The notes below the pieces were generated by a model. That model made no database searches. It was not told the origin of the DNA and saw only the letters and a program-made list of their open reading frames with translations. The position numbers were made by a program, and so were the translations under genes. Source: the human T2T-CHM13v2.0 reference genome, Homo sapiens. From it: a stretch of DNA of 64,000 nucleotides. Positions 1 through 14,539 of this stretch are shown piece by piece; position 1 is the first letter of the stretch, and every line of letters starts with the position of its first letter. The DNA is taken from the NCBI RefSeq assembly GCF_009914755.1, contig NC_060937.1; one strand, written 5' to 3'.

Positions 1-477
1 ACCATCTGCAGAAGGTCAAAACAGTGTGAACAGAGAAGTGGGAAAAAACCTACTTAAAGTGTTGTAGGACAACGCCACTGTGGATAGCTGGCCAGATACA
101 ATTCCTTCCAGAGCACAGGGTCAGAACTGTTTACGGTGGGCCTTTTAGGCAAATTGAAGAAGGGATGGGGCCAGGAGGTTTGTGATAGACCAAACCTGAT
201 ACTGCTGACTCACACAGGGGTTTCTCAGGGGTTGGGCAACAGAAAAGATTACCAAAGCTTATAAGGCTAGAACTAGAGACAGTTGCTATATTTATGCTTG
301 TGCATGTATTTGCTTACAGAGTATATCATGAATTTGGAGAAAAAGCTAACTAGGTCAGGGGTGAAGCGCTCCGCCTTCAGGCTGTGCCTTGTATCTGGTC
401 AGAGACTTGGGCTCAATGGGCTATGCTCTTACCTCCCCATCTCTGCTGAAAAAGTGCATGTTCAGTGAGGTGCATTA

Positions 478-745
478 GAACCCCCGAGTCCCCCACGGGG
501 AGGACCATTACTGGTCCAAGGCCTGTTAGGAACTGGGCCACACAGCAGGAGGTGAGCAGGGGCCAGCTAGCATGACCGTCTGAGCTCCACCTCGTGTCAC
601 ATCAGTGCGAACCCTATTGTGAACTGGGCATGGGAGGGATCTAGGTTGCTGCTCCTTATGGGACTCTAATGTCTGATGATCTGAGGTGGAACAGTTTCAT
701 CTGGAAACCATTCCCCGCCAAGAGCTCCCCCGCAACCCCCGACCC
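478..745 (+). mobile_element. MER1B-like hAT-Charlie DNA transposon (MITE) relic
   Basis: ggcctgttaggaactgggccacacagcaggaggtgagc...gcgaaccctattgtgaactg...gagggatctaggttgc...tgatgatctgaggtggaacagtttcatc follows the MER1B consensus as I recall it; right terminus missing. Confidence 0.85.
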
Positions 746-834
746 TGCATTAGCACAATAGACAGAGCAGGGACTTTGGACTTTTAAAGCAGACACACCA
801 CAGAGGAAACCCCAAAACTGTGTTTGAATGTTTC

Positions 835-980
835 CCAATTTCTCTGAACCTCACTTTTCTGCCAAACAGGGCTACTAACGCCATCTTCATAGGATTCTTA
901 TGGGGGTTAAAAGAAATAAGCTAAGAAAAGTATCTAACGAAGGCTGGCATGTAGAAGTTGCTCAGTAAATACGAGTTTCT
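835..980 (+). mobile_element. MIR SINE
   Basis: tctctgaacctcacttttct...cttcataggatt...ggctggcatgtagaagttgctcagtaaat resembles the MIR core and 3' end. Confidence 0.7.
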
Positions 981-3789
981 TTCATTTATCCTAGGTTTCA
1001 GTGAAAGGAGAGAGCTATGATCATTTTGAATTGTCAGGTGGCCTGAAGTTAACTATTCTTCCATACACACATTATTGGGGGTTCTCCTTGACTTTTCACA
1101 GCCTTATTTCATCTGGCTTCCTCCCTCATCATCATCATCTTTGTGTACTTAGCATTCTGAAGACCTAATAAAGATATTCACACCCTTCAATTCTCTTCTT
1201 GAATCAGTAGAACAGAACCACATGTATAATATTCTCAATTACCCTTCTCCAATTCCATTTACAGAGAAAAGAAAAGAGAAAATATTTATTTGATATTTAC
1301 TTCATTCCAAGCACAGTGCCATGTATTTTCAAATATACTGAAATATCATTTATATATGTTATATATGTAAGCCAGTTGAGTTTTTAATATATATATATAC
1401 ACATACATATATATGTATAAAATCTGAATATTTAAAATGGCAGATAAATATATTACTTCATTATGTGACAAGATCATACAGTTTTTGGTATCTTCACATA
1501 ATCTTATTGGTTGCTCTACAGGTAGTAAAGTAAAAAAATCTGTAAAATGATGAAATCTTTTTGGAAAATTAATTATCAGTTGATTGTAAAATGGTTTTAG
1601 GAAAGAGAATACATTATTAGAGTGCCAAGATATCAAAGACATGAATTTAAAAGAGAACCACATATAACTGCTATAATCTTTTCAACATTAGGCTGACATA
1701 ATTTGGATGCTCATTTATCAAGTAGATGGTAGGAGTGAAAAAAAATTTTAACTGCTCTTCTATATACATATAATGTGCAATGATTTTTCAGCTGGTCAGT
1801 GTCCACCCCTGGAGTGTGTTCAGGGATGTATAGGGGGCATCAGAGTAACTCAAGGGCTTTTCAAATTGTACCCACTCTCATCCAGATTTTGCTAAATTCC
1901 CTCAAGGCAAGAAATATCTGCTCACATTTAGTTGAAGGAGTACACTGGAATATCCAGAGGAATCACATTGCACCCTACCCCAACAGAAATGGTTAAATGC
2001 CATCTTGGAAAAGTGTGTATCCTTCTGGTGTTGAGAATAATTTCCCCGAAGTGAGTCACTCCTGATGCAATTTGTTGGCATCCTGCTGGTGTGCTGGTGG
2101 GGAAAGCTGGCTTGGTAGCAACTTTGGTTCTTAAGCCATCTTAAATTTTTTAAATTGCCGACAAAATCATTATGAGTGTAAGGGAAAAAAAAGTGTCCCC
2201 TTAAGATCCAGAGAGTAATATGTAACATAATTCCATTACAGACCTATGTATTACAAATATATAAATGCAATTTTCTAAGCACCAAGTAGTGATTAAAAAA
2301 AAAACCCACACACAATGTAACAGAGATTAAATTTCAACAACATCCTGGAGCCACATGAAAGCTATTGTACATTAGATTTATTAGTTTTACTCCACCTTGA
2401 TGAGAGAGTATCACCTACTACTTTTGAAATAACAAGATTGACTAATTTGCCTAGTTCATAGAGCTTTAGATAAGGTGGCAGAGAGTAGACATTGGTTCTA
2501 AGAAGATGTACTTTATTATATTGTCTTTTAGAAGTTAAATTGAAGACATCCAGGAGAATCTGGGGTGTATAAAGTGCTAGGGAACAGGCTCCAGGAGAAA
2601 CCTCCACCATCAAATAGCAGTTTCCAAAGAGAATGAAGAGCAATCATGGGTGGACATCTGTGCAAATCTAGCAAGGGGTGAGTGAAGCAGCAAATGGGCA
2701 CAGAAAAAGACAAACTGGAAGGATCATCACACGGAAATCCAGGGACGTTGAAGTCAGCTCGAAGGAGATGGTCCAGTTCTGGAGCAGACTGCCAGATTTC
2801 AACCCCAATGCAACAGCAGCTTGGCCAACTCGCTCCCTCTAGGACTCCCTTCCTTGTGTTCTTTGTGCACAAAACAATGATAATCAGGCACCCACATCAC
2901 AGAAGAAATAACTTAATACGTGCCTGGCACATACTAAACATGTAGTAAATAGCATTTCTTGCTGCTATTAAGTCAGTCTGCCTTTCAAGGGAAGAAGTAT
3001 CTGCTCCGAGTACACCAGGCACAGAGAGGCCTCCACTGCCTTGAGTAAGGCCGGGTGGGAGGAACTTTGGTACAAGGTCTAAGAATAGAGCAAACACTGT
3101 AAACTAAAACTTGGGTATGGCTTTAGAGCATAAAAGGCAACAAGTTTGACTTGAAGCTGGGTCAGCTGAACAACTAAATTGGGGCTTCCTTCTTGGGAAG
3201 GTGAGAAGTCTCGGGACCTGGGGGTGAACTTTTCCTGTTCAGAAACTCAAGTTGTCCCAAATGTAAGACAGGCTGGCTGCAGGAGTGGAAGGTTTGAGAA
3301 TAGGACGGTGAAGTGATCGAAGTATAAAACTCTAGAATATTTCTCTCAAAAGATCTTGGAAAATAACTGGAAATTTTGCTCACCTGTATAACTTTTACCA
3401 AATCTCAGTGCTTGTTAGTGTAAGAGAAATAATGCTGTGTTTCTTGCTATGTGTCATATTTTCCACAAAAGTAAAAATTGGTTTTTGTGGAAAGGGAACA
3501 AGCCCTCAGCCAAACCTAGGTGAGTCATCCTGCTGTCTGGGTGGCTGTGGTTATAGCACGGCAAAGGTACTGTCACACTGTGGATCTCAACTGAATAGAG
3601 GTCTCATTGAAATGTGGAGGGTTTAGCTGAGGAACAGGTCAAAGGGTTGCCCAGACAGGCAGCCATTACAACAATAACCACAGCCTTCTCCCTACCCACT
3701 TGAGCTCACTTGTTTTAATCTATTTTTTATTTTTCTTTATATTTATTTTCCAGTTCAAATACACTATAAAATTTTGTTTTTTGTTTTTG

Positions 3790-3915
3790 CCTATCTTCTC
3801 CCACTGGAATAATATACATATCAACAAAGCTGGGATCTTTGTCGTTCTGTTCACACATGTATACGTCAAGCACATAGAAGAATGCCTGGCTCAGAGCAGG
3901 CACTCGGTAAGTATG
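3790..3915 (+). mobile_element. L2 LINE 3' end
   Basis: ctcccactggaat...tttgtcgttctgttcac...agaatgcctggctcagagcaggcactcggtaagtat. Confidence 0.6.
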
Positions 3916-4029
3916 GGTAGCCTGGCTGATGGAGAAAGTGGTTTAAGAGTGTAAATGATTTTTTGTATATTTTTTTCTTCAGCTTCAGAGTTTTCCTCTA
4001 ACTCTAGAGCCCCTTCCGACTCTGATCTT

Positions 4030-4840
4030 GTTTATTTAAAGTATAAATTTTGAATTAATCTCAGACTAACAGAAAGTTGCGAAAGTAGTACAAAGAATAA
4101 CTACACAGCCTTCATCCATAATTCCCACGTTAGCATATTGGCAAGTTGGCCTTATTCTCTCTCTCTCTCACTCATCACCCCTATAATACATTAGCTTTAA
4201 CAACACTTTAGAGCAAGTTGCAGACACTCCTAAATATTTCTGAGCCTATTTCCTAAAATTAAGACTATAACCACAGCACAATTATGAAAATAATGAATAT
4301 AGATACAATATGATTTCTAATATACCAATCTCATTCCAATTTTACCAGTTGCCCCACTAATGAACTACATAGCTTTTATTTTTTCATTTCTCAGATTAGG
4401 ATCTAGCCCAAGATTATATGCTTCATATAATCGTCATAGCTGTTTAGTCTCTTTGGGTCTGGAGCAGTCTATCAGAAATTATTTATTGTTCATGTCTTTA
4501 ACATTTTAGCATTTTTGAAGCATGTAGTTATCTTGTAGAGTGTCCCCCACTTTGGGTCTGCCTGATGAACACTCCTGAGGAGATTCAAGTTATGCATTTC
4601 TGGCAAGAATATCTTAAAAGTGATACTGTGTCCTGCTCATTGCATCATAGCAAAAGACATAGAAGTCTTTTTGTCTCCCTACTAGTGATGTTAACATGAT
4701 TACTTAGTTAAGGGTTATCCACCATGTCCCACCACTAAAAGGTTCTTATTTTTCACAGTGTAATTTGTAAGTACCTTGAGGGGAGTTACTGGGAGACTCT
4801 GTAAATATCCTTTTCCTCATAATACTTTCACTCTCATTTT
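4030..4840 (-). mobile_element. Old L1 (L1MC-type) 3' UTR
   Basis: aattaatctcagactaacagaaagttgcgaaagtagtacaaagaa...agattcaagttatgcatttctggcaagaatat...actagtgatgttaac, typical of L1MC 3' ends in antisense. Confidence 0.7.
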
Positions 4841-5619
4841 TTGGAGAGTTTTCATTCTATGTATATGCATTTTCTATGAACATTTTAACAGAGAGCTGGT
4901 TTCTGGACTTCTGGACTTAGTGATCTAAGAATAAATTGTCAGTTGACTCACCATTTATATAAATCTACTCAAATTTGCCTTCTTCCCTTGCCCACCCTCT
5001 TAAGGTTATGGGTGGAAAAACTGGATTACATCAAGAATAAAATGACATGTATAAGGGTGAGAACTGTAGGTCCAGCAGATGCAAATAATTTTGTTTGGAC
5101 AAAACTATTGCTTTTATTCATGGATAAATATTAAATAAAATTCTTAATTTAAATAATGACATAGAAAAGAGATAATGGAGACAATTGTGTAGAAAAGAGA
5201 TGAATCAATCCAAAGAGTTTAAATTACATTTCCAGGCTTTCCTTTCTCTTATTATTGCCCCAATAGTGCAGTCTAAGAAGGAAACTATCATTTTGCACAA
5301 GGGAAAAACCATAGGTGTATGGGCTGTGTAGTAGAAAACCATTTACCAATCAAATGTTGAAAGATATGAAGAAATCACTGTCGAGAGTAACAACCTGGAG
5401 TTCTCATAGTAGTAACTGCATAGACAAATCTAATCACATTATTTGTTTGTTCACTTTTAATTTTAAAAAATAAAATTTATATTTAAGCTGCCCATCATTA
5501 GCCAGACACTGAGCTAAATTAGGCAAAACTTAAAGTCTGTGGCTTACTGATTTGAGCATTCTCCCTCCAGATTTTTGTATAGTTGCTGTTTTATTATTTC
5601 GGATCTGTAACTTACCATA

Positions 5620-5792
5620 GATAGGCAAGGTATTTCTCTGTGCCTTGGTTTCTTCATAATTAAAATGGGTATATTAACAATAGTATCCATGTCATAAGGT
5701 TGGAGTGAGGAATTAATGAGTTCATGTATATAATGTTCTTAGAACAGTGCCTAGAACAGAGTAAATGTGGTACAGTTTAGCTAGTATAATTA
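5620..5792 (+). mobile_element. MIR SINE
   Basis: ctctgtgccttggtttcttcataattaaaatggg...gtgaggaattaatgagttcatgtatataatgttcttagaacagtgcctagaaca. Confidence 0.8.
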
Positions 5793-6672
<880 letters not shown>

Positions 6673-7083
6673 AGTTATATTTTACTATCATACTGCTCTC
6701 CATAAGTATTCTTGCTGAACACTTGCCTGGTCACTTCCCAGTAGAAAAGTAATGTGCCTTAGAAGAATAAATCAAATTGGTTGATATGTGCCAAAATCAG
6801 TTGCATGGTACCAGGTGTTACTTCCAGACAAGAACTTCATGCAAAATATTTTCCATGTGGAATAGAACCAAGGCAATGTAATGATTACCTTCTGCAACAA
6901 CAACATAAGGCACCTTTAGGAACAAAATAAGCTAGACTTATGAGCAGCCTGAATTTAACTTCTCAGTCTCTTGCTTTTACATATTCAATTTTCCAGTTAC
7001 ACCTTTCACACCCAATTTAAAAGCAGGCTCAACTTAGAACTCTGAACAGCTAATTGTCAAGTGGGTTTAGACTAGAAAGATAA

Positions 7084-7155
7084 GGGCTCAAGCAATCCTC
7101 CGACCTTGGTGTCTCAAAGTATTGGGATTACAGGTATGAGCCACCATTCCTGACC
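7084..7155 (-). mobile_element. Alu/FLAM left-monomer fragment
   Basis: gggctcaagcaatcctccgaccttggtgtctcaaagtattgggattacaggtatgagccacca. Confidence 0.8.
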
Positions 7156-9799
7156 CTTCATTATTAATGTTTATTAAACTCAATAAATTTTGCTCTGGGA
7201 AATAGAGATATTAAAAATCATTTCTTTAACCTGAGAATTAGGCTAAAATTAGTATGGTCAATACATATTTGTGGTAGATGTCAAAGGCAAGGCTGACAAA
7301 GATTGTGATTTTTTTTCCATTAAAATATATTTTTGAAGTAAAACTTTTTCCACTATCAACTCTTCCTTCCTTATTTTATTCAAAAGTACTGGAATAGTCA
7401 GTTGGTTTCTGACCTGTAACAGACCTGGATAGTGCCACAAAGATAAAATAAGAGCCCTTAAATCACTGACTTCAAATTTTATTGGAAAAGTCATTTAACA
7501 ATTACTAAATCATTAATACAGTGTTTAAAACAGAAGCTCCAAAACATCTCACACAGCATTAAAGGTATAACAAAGTATCCTGGCTGGACAGAATTTTTGC
7601 CATGTAGGTTAAGAAATCACAAGATGCCTTGAAAGCCCAGGGTAAGGCTGAGAGCATTGATGTACGGATAGTAATTAGGTCTGAAGAAAGTGTAGAGCCT
7701 AGTGAAACAAGTTATTGCTTCTATTCTGGTACAGGAATGAACAGCTGCTTATGATGCAACAAAAGATTATGCTTACTACAAAGCAATGATTAATAGACTA
7801 TATTTCTTGAATTTACCAACATATACCTGAGCTAGATTTGAATAAAATAATACTTTAAAAAAAGACGTGTAGTAGCACACAGTAAGGTATTGCACCACTG
7901 GGCATTCCACCTTGAAGTCCTTTCTAATTATGGTAGCAAAGCTTTCAAGGAGATGAAAAATAATACATCTGAAGTTAATTGGAATCATTGCCAGGAAAAA
8001 GAAGAATGCAAATGATGATTTTGCACTCTGGACAATATTATCTATAAGGTCCATTTCATCTCTAAATTTCTATGAAAAGCTGATTTTAAAAATCTAGAAT
8101 AATTAAACTTATCACATTGGGACATTATGATGGGAAATCTCTTTTGGGAAGTATGTAAGAGCCTACTGCAGAAGTCATGGAATCCAAGGGAGGTGTTTTT
8201 AAGAGAAAATCATCAAGATCACCTCTTTCTAAGATTTTCCATTGTTATTTTTATCGGTAAAGATTTTGTTGTTTGCTTGTCTCTTCTTTAGTACTCACAT
8301 CTGTTGTTAATGGGTTATTTTGGAATTGAAGTATTTTTTAGATAATCAAAAAGGACTCCCTTTTGATAGCTACTGTTCAAAAATAAAGTCAAAAAACATA
8401 CACTTCCTTTATATTATCTTTTTTAAAATCTCATTTCCTAATCTATCAGCTGAGGAGAAACACCATGGAAGCTACTCCTCAACTATGAAGTTCCACCAAC
8501 ATTTTTCATGATTCTTTGCATGTTTCATGATGTTCAATCTTCAAGGATGTCCTCAAGACCAATTTAAATAAATGAAATTAACTGTAGCATATTCCAGACC
8601 GACTAAGGGTCACTGCTGTTTTAAAATATCTCTACTGTTGAAAAGGGAATTGAGGGGAAAAGATTCAGAATGTTGAAATCTAATGTCAATAATAACAAAA
8701 AAGGAAATTCAGCTAAGATAGCTCCCTGTCTGGCAAATTAATAAACTTCTTATATCTGCTACCCAGGATATATCCTAGTCAGTCATACCCAGCTAAGTCT
8801 CATCAGGTATTTATGACCACATAGATAATACATTCATGGAAGACATTATCTTCGACATCATGAGGAATTACCCAATAATACATTTAAACTGTCTTTCCAG
8901 ATCGGTTATGGAATTTTATATGCTCTATGTCTTCATTCCTCCAATAGTTAGCTCAGTATCATGTATCCTGGAAAATAATACTGATATGAATAATTTTCTC
9001 AGGTAAGACAAGAAATCTTTGTTGTTGCTATGTCCCTGAGTCATAAGGCAAGGGACAAAGTAATATAAAGTTTTGAAAATAACACATATATCTCTGTCTT
9101 TCTTATATAACACAGCCATCAAGACTGATTCAATAACCTCAAATTTTATCATTAATACTACTTCATTGACTTCAGGATAAAGTTTGAAACTTTGTAGCAC
9201 CTCATTCACAGGTTAGTTGTGAATGATGAGAAAGCCAGTTTTTCTGTTGATACCTGTCTCCTGCCTTTTCATATGTCTACGTGTAGCTGTTCAATCACAA
9301 ATCACAAACAATGTGATTTGAAATTTTCACAGAAACGAACAAGTGTCATCTTTGTGGGTTGAAACAAGTTTAGAATACATCTGTAAAAGTATATAATTTG
9401 TTTAAAATAGGTTCTAAATGAAGGGACAAAGGGGCAGCACTCTATTTAAAAAAATGCATAAACACAAAGTGAGAGATAAATGGACAAATATGAACGTTCC
9501 CTCTGAAAATCACCCCACAGTAAATATAAGGTGGGGCCTGGGCAGGAAGAAGGAAGACTTCCCTCACTCTCTGGTATTTGATCGCTAACATAAAATTACA
9601 GCCCCACCACAAAGAAAAAGAAATCTGAGATCGAAGTTATCTGCATTAGACTTTTAAAATCTTTTTTTAAAAAAATAGGGCTATTTTCACTTCCCATCTA
9701 GTACTTATTATATAGTACAGTGAATATTTTCAAAGCTAGAAATTTCCCAAAGGCTTTTTAATTTTATCACGTATTTTGATTTCAATAGCTTGAAAAAAG

Positions 9800-10080
9800 A
9801 GTTGAACAACTGCATACACTGAGCTTTCTGGTCCTACAAACCAACAATCTTACATACATTCTTAATCCATTTCCATTTACTTCCCTGCATTACTGAAGGA
9901 AAAAGTTCATCTCTTCCTTCACAAGGTGGATGCCTCCTTCTGTACTATATTCTACATGCTTCCCCCACTTGCTTGGGTATTTTTCAACATTAATTACTCT
10001 CCCTCTGTCTTTTATTTTTCAACTGTTTATTTCCATTGATTCATAATCCTTAGTATATAAACATATTTTCTTCACAAAGG
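9800..10080 (+). mobile_element. L2 LINE internal (RT-region) fragment
   Basis: ttccctgcattactgaagga...ctcttccttcacaagg...aattactctccctctgtc...atataaacat resembles the L2 ORF2 consensus. Confidence 0.6.
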
Positions 10081-10094
10081 TGGAAAAAAAAAAA

Positions 10095-10545
10095 GCAACT
10101 AACCCTACCTGACATCTCTGGAACACAGCTCCCAACAACAGCAGAATACATGTTCATCTCAAATGCACGTGAAACATTCTGCAGAATAGACCACATGGTG
10201 GCCACAAAATAAGTCTCAATAAATAAAAAAAAGACTGAAATCATACAAGGTATCTTATCCTATCACAGTGGGATGAAGCTAGAAAGCAATAGCAGAAGGA
10301 AAACCAATACGTGGAAATTAACCAAAATTCCTAAGGAACACATGGATCAAAGAAGAAAATACATGGATAATTAGAGAATATTTTGAGATCATTGAAAATA
10401 AAACAAGACATTCAAACTTTCCCCTTAAGATCAGGAATAACACAAGGATATCCACTCTGGCCACTTCTATTCAACGCTGTACTAGAGGTTCAAATAGGGT
10501 GAGTAGGCGATAAAAACCAACAAAGACATCAATTTTGGAAAAAAG
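10095..10545 (+). mobile_element. L1M ORF2 fragment (end of endonuclease joined to RT region)
   Basis: cccaacaacagcagaatacatgttcatctcaaatgcacgtgaaacattctgcagaatagaccac (EN region), then ccccttaagatcaggaataacacaaggatatccactctggccacttctattcaac (PLRSG..QG.PL.PLLFN, RT region). Confidence 0.85.
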
Positions 10546-11811
10546 ATCTGTGGTAGTCACTCATTAGTGATTCTTTGTTTATGTTTGTTTGGTTTTGTTT
10601 TCACTCATCATGTTTAACTGGTATGGTGATATTTATAGATGTCATGATTTGCTTTCATTGCAATACAATAAAAATAAATATTTATTTCTCCATTTTAGTG
10701 TTGGCTAGCATTATTGATTGTTTCTAATTATTTGCTATTACAGACAATAATGCCATGAATATTCCCATACATATAACCTGTGTAAAGGATTTGTTAGTGT
10801 TTTTAGGTAAGAGTCAAATTGCTGAGTCACAGGATATATATATATAACCAACCTTAGTTGGCAACAGAAAACTAGTTTCCAAAATTGGTTAAAGTAATTT
10901 ACATTTATATTAGCCGTGTATTATGAGAAGTTGGTGTTGTCATGATTTATGCCAATCAGGAGGATATAAAATGGCATCATTTTGTGATTTTAATTTGCAC
11001 TTTCCCTTTTTCCTAATGAGCTTGGGAATCTTTTTTTCATATTTGAGATCCATTCATGTTTCTTCTTCTGTGGGAAGTCTATTTGTGTTTTTATTGAAAA
11101 TAATATCATTTAATTATTTGCATTTTTCTTATTAATGCATAGGTATTTCTACATATTCATTATACTAATATTTTGCCAATTATATTTGTCATAAATATTG
11201 TTTTCCAACATTTGACTTATGTCTTATGTCTGAAAGAATTACTCATTTTCGGGTGTTTTTAGTTTATAATTTTAAACATTTTAATATATTCAAATAGATC
11301 TCTTTTTCTATTTCGCTTTTTTCCTGACTTAAGGAATCATTCATTACAGTTCATGAAGATATTTTCTTATAAAAGTTTTAAAGGTTTTGCATTTCACACT
11401 GAGTACTAGTCCATCTGGAACTTATTGCTATTTATGATACCAAATAGGGATTTATTTCATTTTTTCACACAAATAACCTATTATTATCTAAACATTATTG
11501 AATACTGCAGTCTTTCCCAACTGATTGATCAGAGTTCTTACATACTTTTTGGGGACTTTTAATCTTGTTCCATTAATCTCTTTGTATATCCCTTCACCAT
11601 TATCACACTTTTAAATTTGCTATAGATTTAATACATTTCTTATTTCCACCAGTACCCAGTTCTTCTTTAAGAGAATTTTGCTTTTGACCTTCTATAAATG
11701 ATTTATATATAGGTTGAAGTTTTCTAGTACACTATCCTATCATCAGTGGACAATGACTGCCTGTTTCTTCTTTTGTAATTATTTTCCTCTATTTTCCCCC
11801 CTTCTTATTGG

Positions 11812-12236
11812 TTGTGTTTGTGCCCTAGGGCTGCCATAACAAATTGCTGTAAACTTGGCAGTTTACAACAGAAATGTATTCTCCCACAGGCTGCGAGGCC
11901 AGAAGTCCAAAATTGAGCTATCAGAAAATCAATGCTCTCTCCAAAGGCTCTAGGAGAGAATCCTTCCTTGCATTTTCCAGCTGTGGTGGCTCCTGGCATT
12001 CATTGGCTTGTGACAGTCTCACTCCAATCTCTGTCTTTTTCTCCTGGGTCCAAATCTCCTTCTTTTTTCTCTAATAAAGACATCAGTCATTAGATTTAAG
12101 GTCTACCCCAAATCCTGGGTAATTTCATCCAATATCCTTGACTAATTACATCTGCAAAGACCATATTTCCAAATAATGTCATATTCTAAAGATCCGGTTA
12201 GACATGAACTTTGGGAGGACACTATTCATCCTGATA
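11812..12236 (-). mobile_element. MLT1C-like MaLR LTR
   Basis: ctagggctgccataacaaattg...aacagaaatgtattctcccacag...ggccagaagtccaaaat...ggctctaggagagaatccttccttg...taattacatctgcaaagaccatatttccaaataa. Confidence 0.85.
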
Positions 12237-13724
12237 ACCTAGGTGTTGCTAGGACCACCATCATAACGCTGAGTAGACATCCTTATTACTGACTTCAGGA
12301 TGAAACATTTTAACATTTTGACATCAAATATGATATTTTGCTGTGGCTGTTGCAGGTCTTCTTTATCAACACATGGACATTTTCTTTTCCTCCTACCTTG
12401 CTGAAGTGTTTTTTTAAATCAATATGCTTATTAAATTATAACAGATAGTTTTTTGAATCTATCGAGAAGATATGTTTTTCTCCTTTAATCTATTTCTTAG
12501 TAAATTGCAATAATCAATTGTATCATATTGAACAAAAAATGCATTCCTGTAATAAATCCAACTTCATTATGGTATACTAAAATAAAAATGAATTTGGCAC
12601 TGAATCTTATTTTCCAAAAAAGTTTTATTTTTTCTGAAATTTTTGGTAAAGCTGAAAGGCCTTGATTCTTTTTTTGAAACTATGTTAAAATGCTGATTCA
12701 AAATTTTAATAATGATAATTGGATCATCTATGTAATGTTATTTAGATACCTTCTAAAATTAATCTTTTTATTAGAAATTCAAACATTTGGCTTAGTTGAT
12801 CCTCTGTTGTAGGCTTCCTTTTTAGTTCAATAGTAGCTATGTATATTTTTGTATTTCCGTTTTCTACTTCCTTTGAATTTATTTTGTTTTTCTGTCAACT
12901 TATATAGTTCTTGTGTAACATTAGCTCTTAAGCTTGTAAATTTCCCTCTAAATACATGTTAGCCATGTCCCACAATTTCATAAGTAAATATTTATGGCTT
13001 AGTTTTTAGAACCTTATTTCTACTAAAATGGCTTTTTAACTTGTGAGTTACTTAAAATTTTGTTAAAAATATGCTCATATATTTGTTATTGTTTTGTAAT
13101 TAATTGTATTTATGTTGGAGAATGAGAGACTCTTGCAATTTTTTTTATTTTTAAGTTTTTCCCTAATATCTATTTTGTCCAATAATAATAAAATTACACC
13201 AGCTCTCTTTTGGTTAGTTTTTGCCTGATGATTTGCCTGTCAGCCTTTTCCTTTCAGCTTTTCTGAGTTTTGTTTTGTTTTGTTTTGTTTTTGTTTTTGT
13301 TGTGTCTTTTACAAACAGTATATACTTAAACTGTGTATTATTAATACAATCAGATAATCCTACCTTTTAGAGAGCATAGTTATTGACATAGATACTGAAC
13401 TTATTTTGTGCTTTCCCTGTAACCCACATCGTCTACGTATGTTTTTCTTCCTCTTTCTTGCTTTCTTTTTGACTGATTGATATTACTATTCTTGCCTCCC
13501 TTTCCCAATTTTCCACAATTTCTCCCTGTCCTGTTTTGGACCTTATGCACTTATTTTCTATTCTTTTAATAGTTATTCTGGAAAAAAATTTAACATATAT
13601 ATATGTAACTTATACTTCAAAGTTAAGCAATATGTTTACATTCAACACAAAGTAATGCTTTATTTTTGATGAATACCATCACAACATAAAGATAATTTTG
13701 TCCAGGATTTCAATTCTGTCTTGA

Positions 13725-13853
13725 TTTTTTTTAGAGGTGGAGTCTCACTATGTTGCCCAGGTTAGAGTGCAATGGCTATTCTCAGGCATGACCATAGTAC
13801 ACTATACTCTCAAACTTCGCATTGAAGGGATCCCAAGTAGCTGGGACTACAGG
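13725..13853 (-). mobile_element. FAM (fossil Alu monomer)
   Basis: gtctcactatgttgcccaggttagagtgcaatggctattctcaggcatgaccatagtacactat carries the 7SL-derived ggctattcacagg segment typical of FAM; near-TSD ttctg(t/c)cttga at 13714-13724 and 13855-13865. Confidence 0.8.
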
Positions 13854-14539
13854 TTTCTGCCTTGAATTTTTTAACCACACAAATTAGGTATGATCATTAT
13901 TCTTTTATAAAGTCCCATGTTTATGTACTATTTTCTACTATGCACTAGTGTTAATTTTCTCCAAGTCTTCTCTATTAGGTTTATTATCTTTTTTCTTGAT
14001 GTACATCCTGTAGAAATATTATCAGTGAGAAATTGTTGGTAGTAAGCTCTTACAGTTTGTCTTATAATATTTTTAGTTTGTTTATGTCTTAAAAGATAGT
14101 TCACCGAATGTACAATTCCAGTTTCTCAGCTAATTTCTCTGAGTGCATCAAAGTTAATATTGCCCTGTCTTCTACCTTCCATGGTGCTGTTGAAAAGTTA
14201 GCTAATAGTTGTTATCTGTAAGTTGCCTTTTTTTTCTCTGATGGTGTCAAGGTCTTCTCTTTATTTTGATGGTCTTCATTTTTTCTATAATGAGTCTAGG
14301 TTTGAATTTGTTTTTATATACACCATTTGGGGTTCCTTGGGAATCCTATATCTGAGGATTGTTGTCTTTCATCAATTCTGGATAATTCTTAGACATCGTC
14401 TTTTAAAATATTGCTTCTCTGCCATTTTCTACATTACTTCCTCCTGCAACATATAAAACATGTTGCATATACCATATGTATGTAATTAATATACTCTTGT
14501 ACCCTGGACACCTTTTAATTTAGACAAGATATTTTACAT

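Larger units (their letters stand above)
10600..14530 (-). mobile_element. Highly diverged L1 (L1ME-type): 3' end, ORF2 and ORF1 remnants, interrupted by MLT1C and FAM
   Basis: T-rich antisense L1 motifs: tttgctattacagacaataatgccatgaatattc; aattgctgagtcacagg; gtgattttaatttgcactt; ORF1-like tctttcatcaattctggataattctt...aaatattgcttct. Confidence 0.7.
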
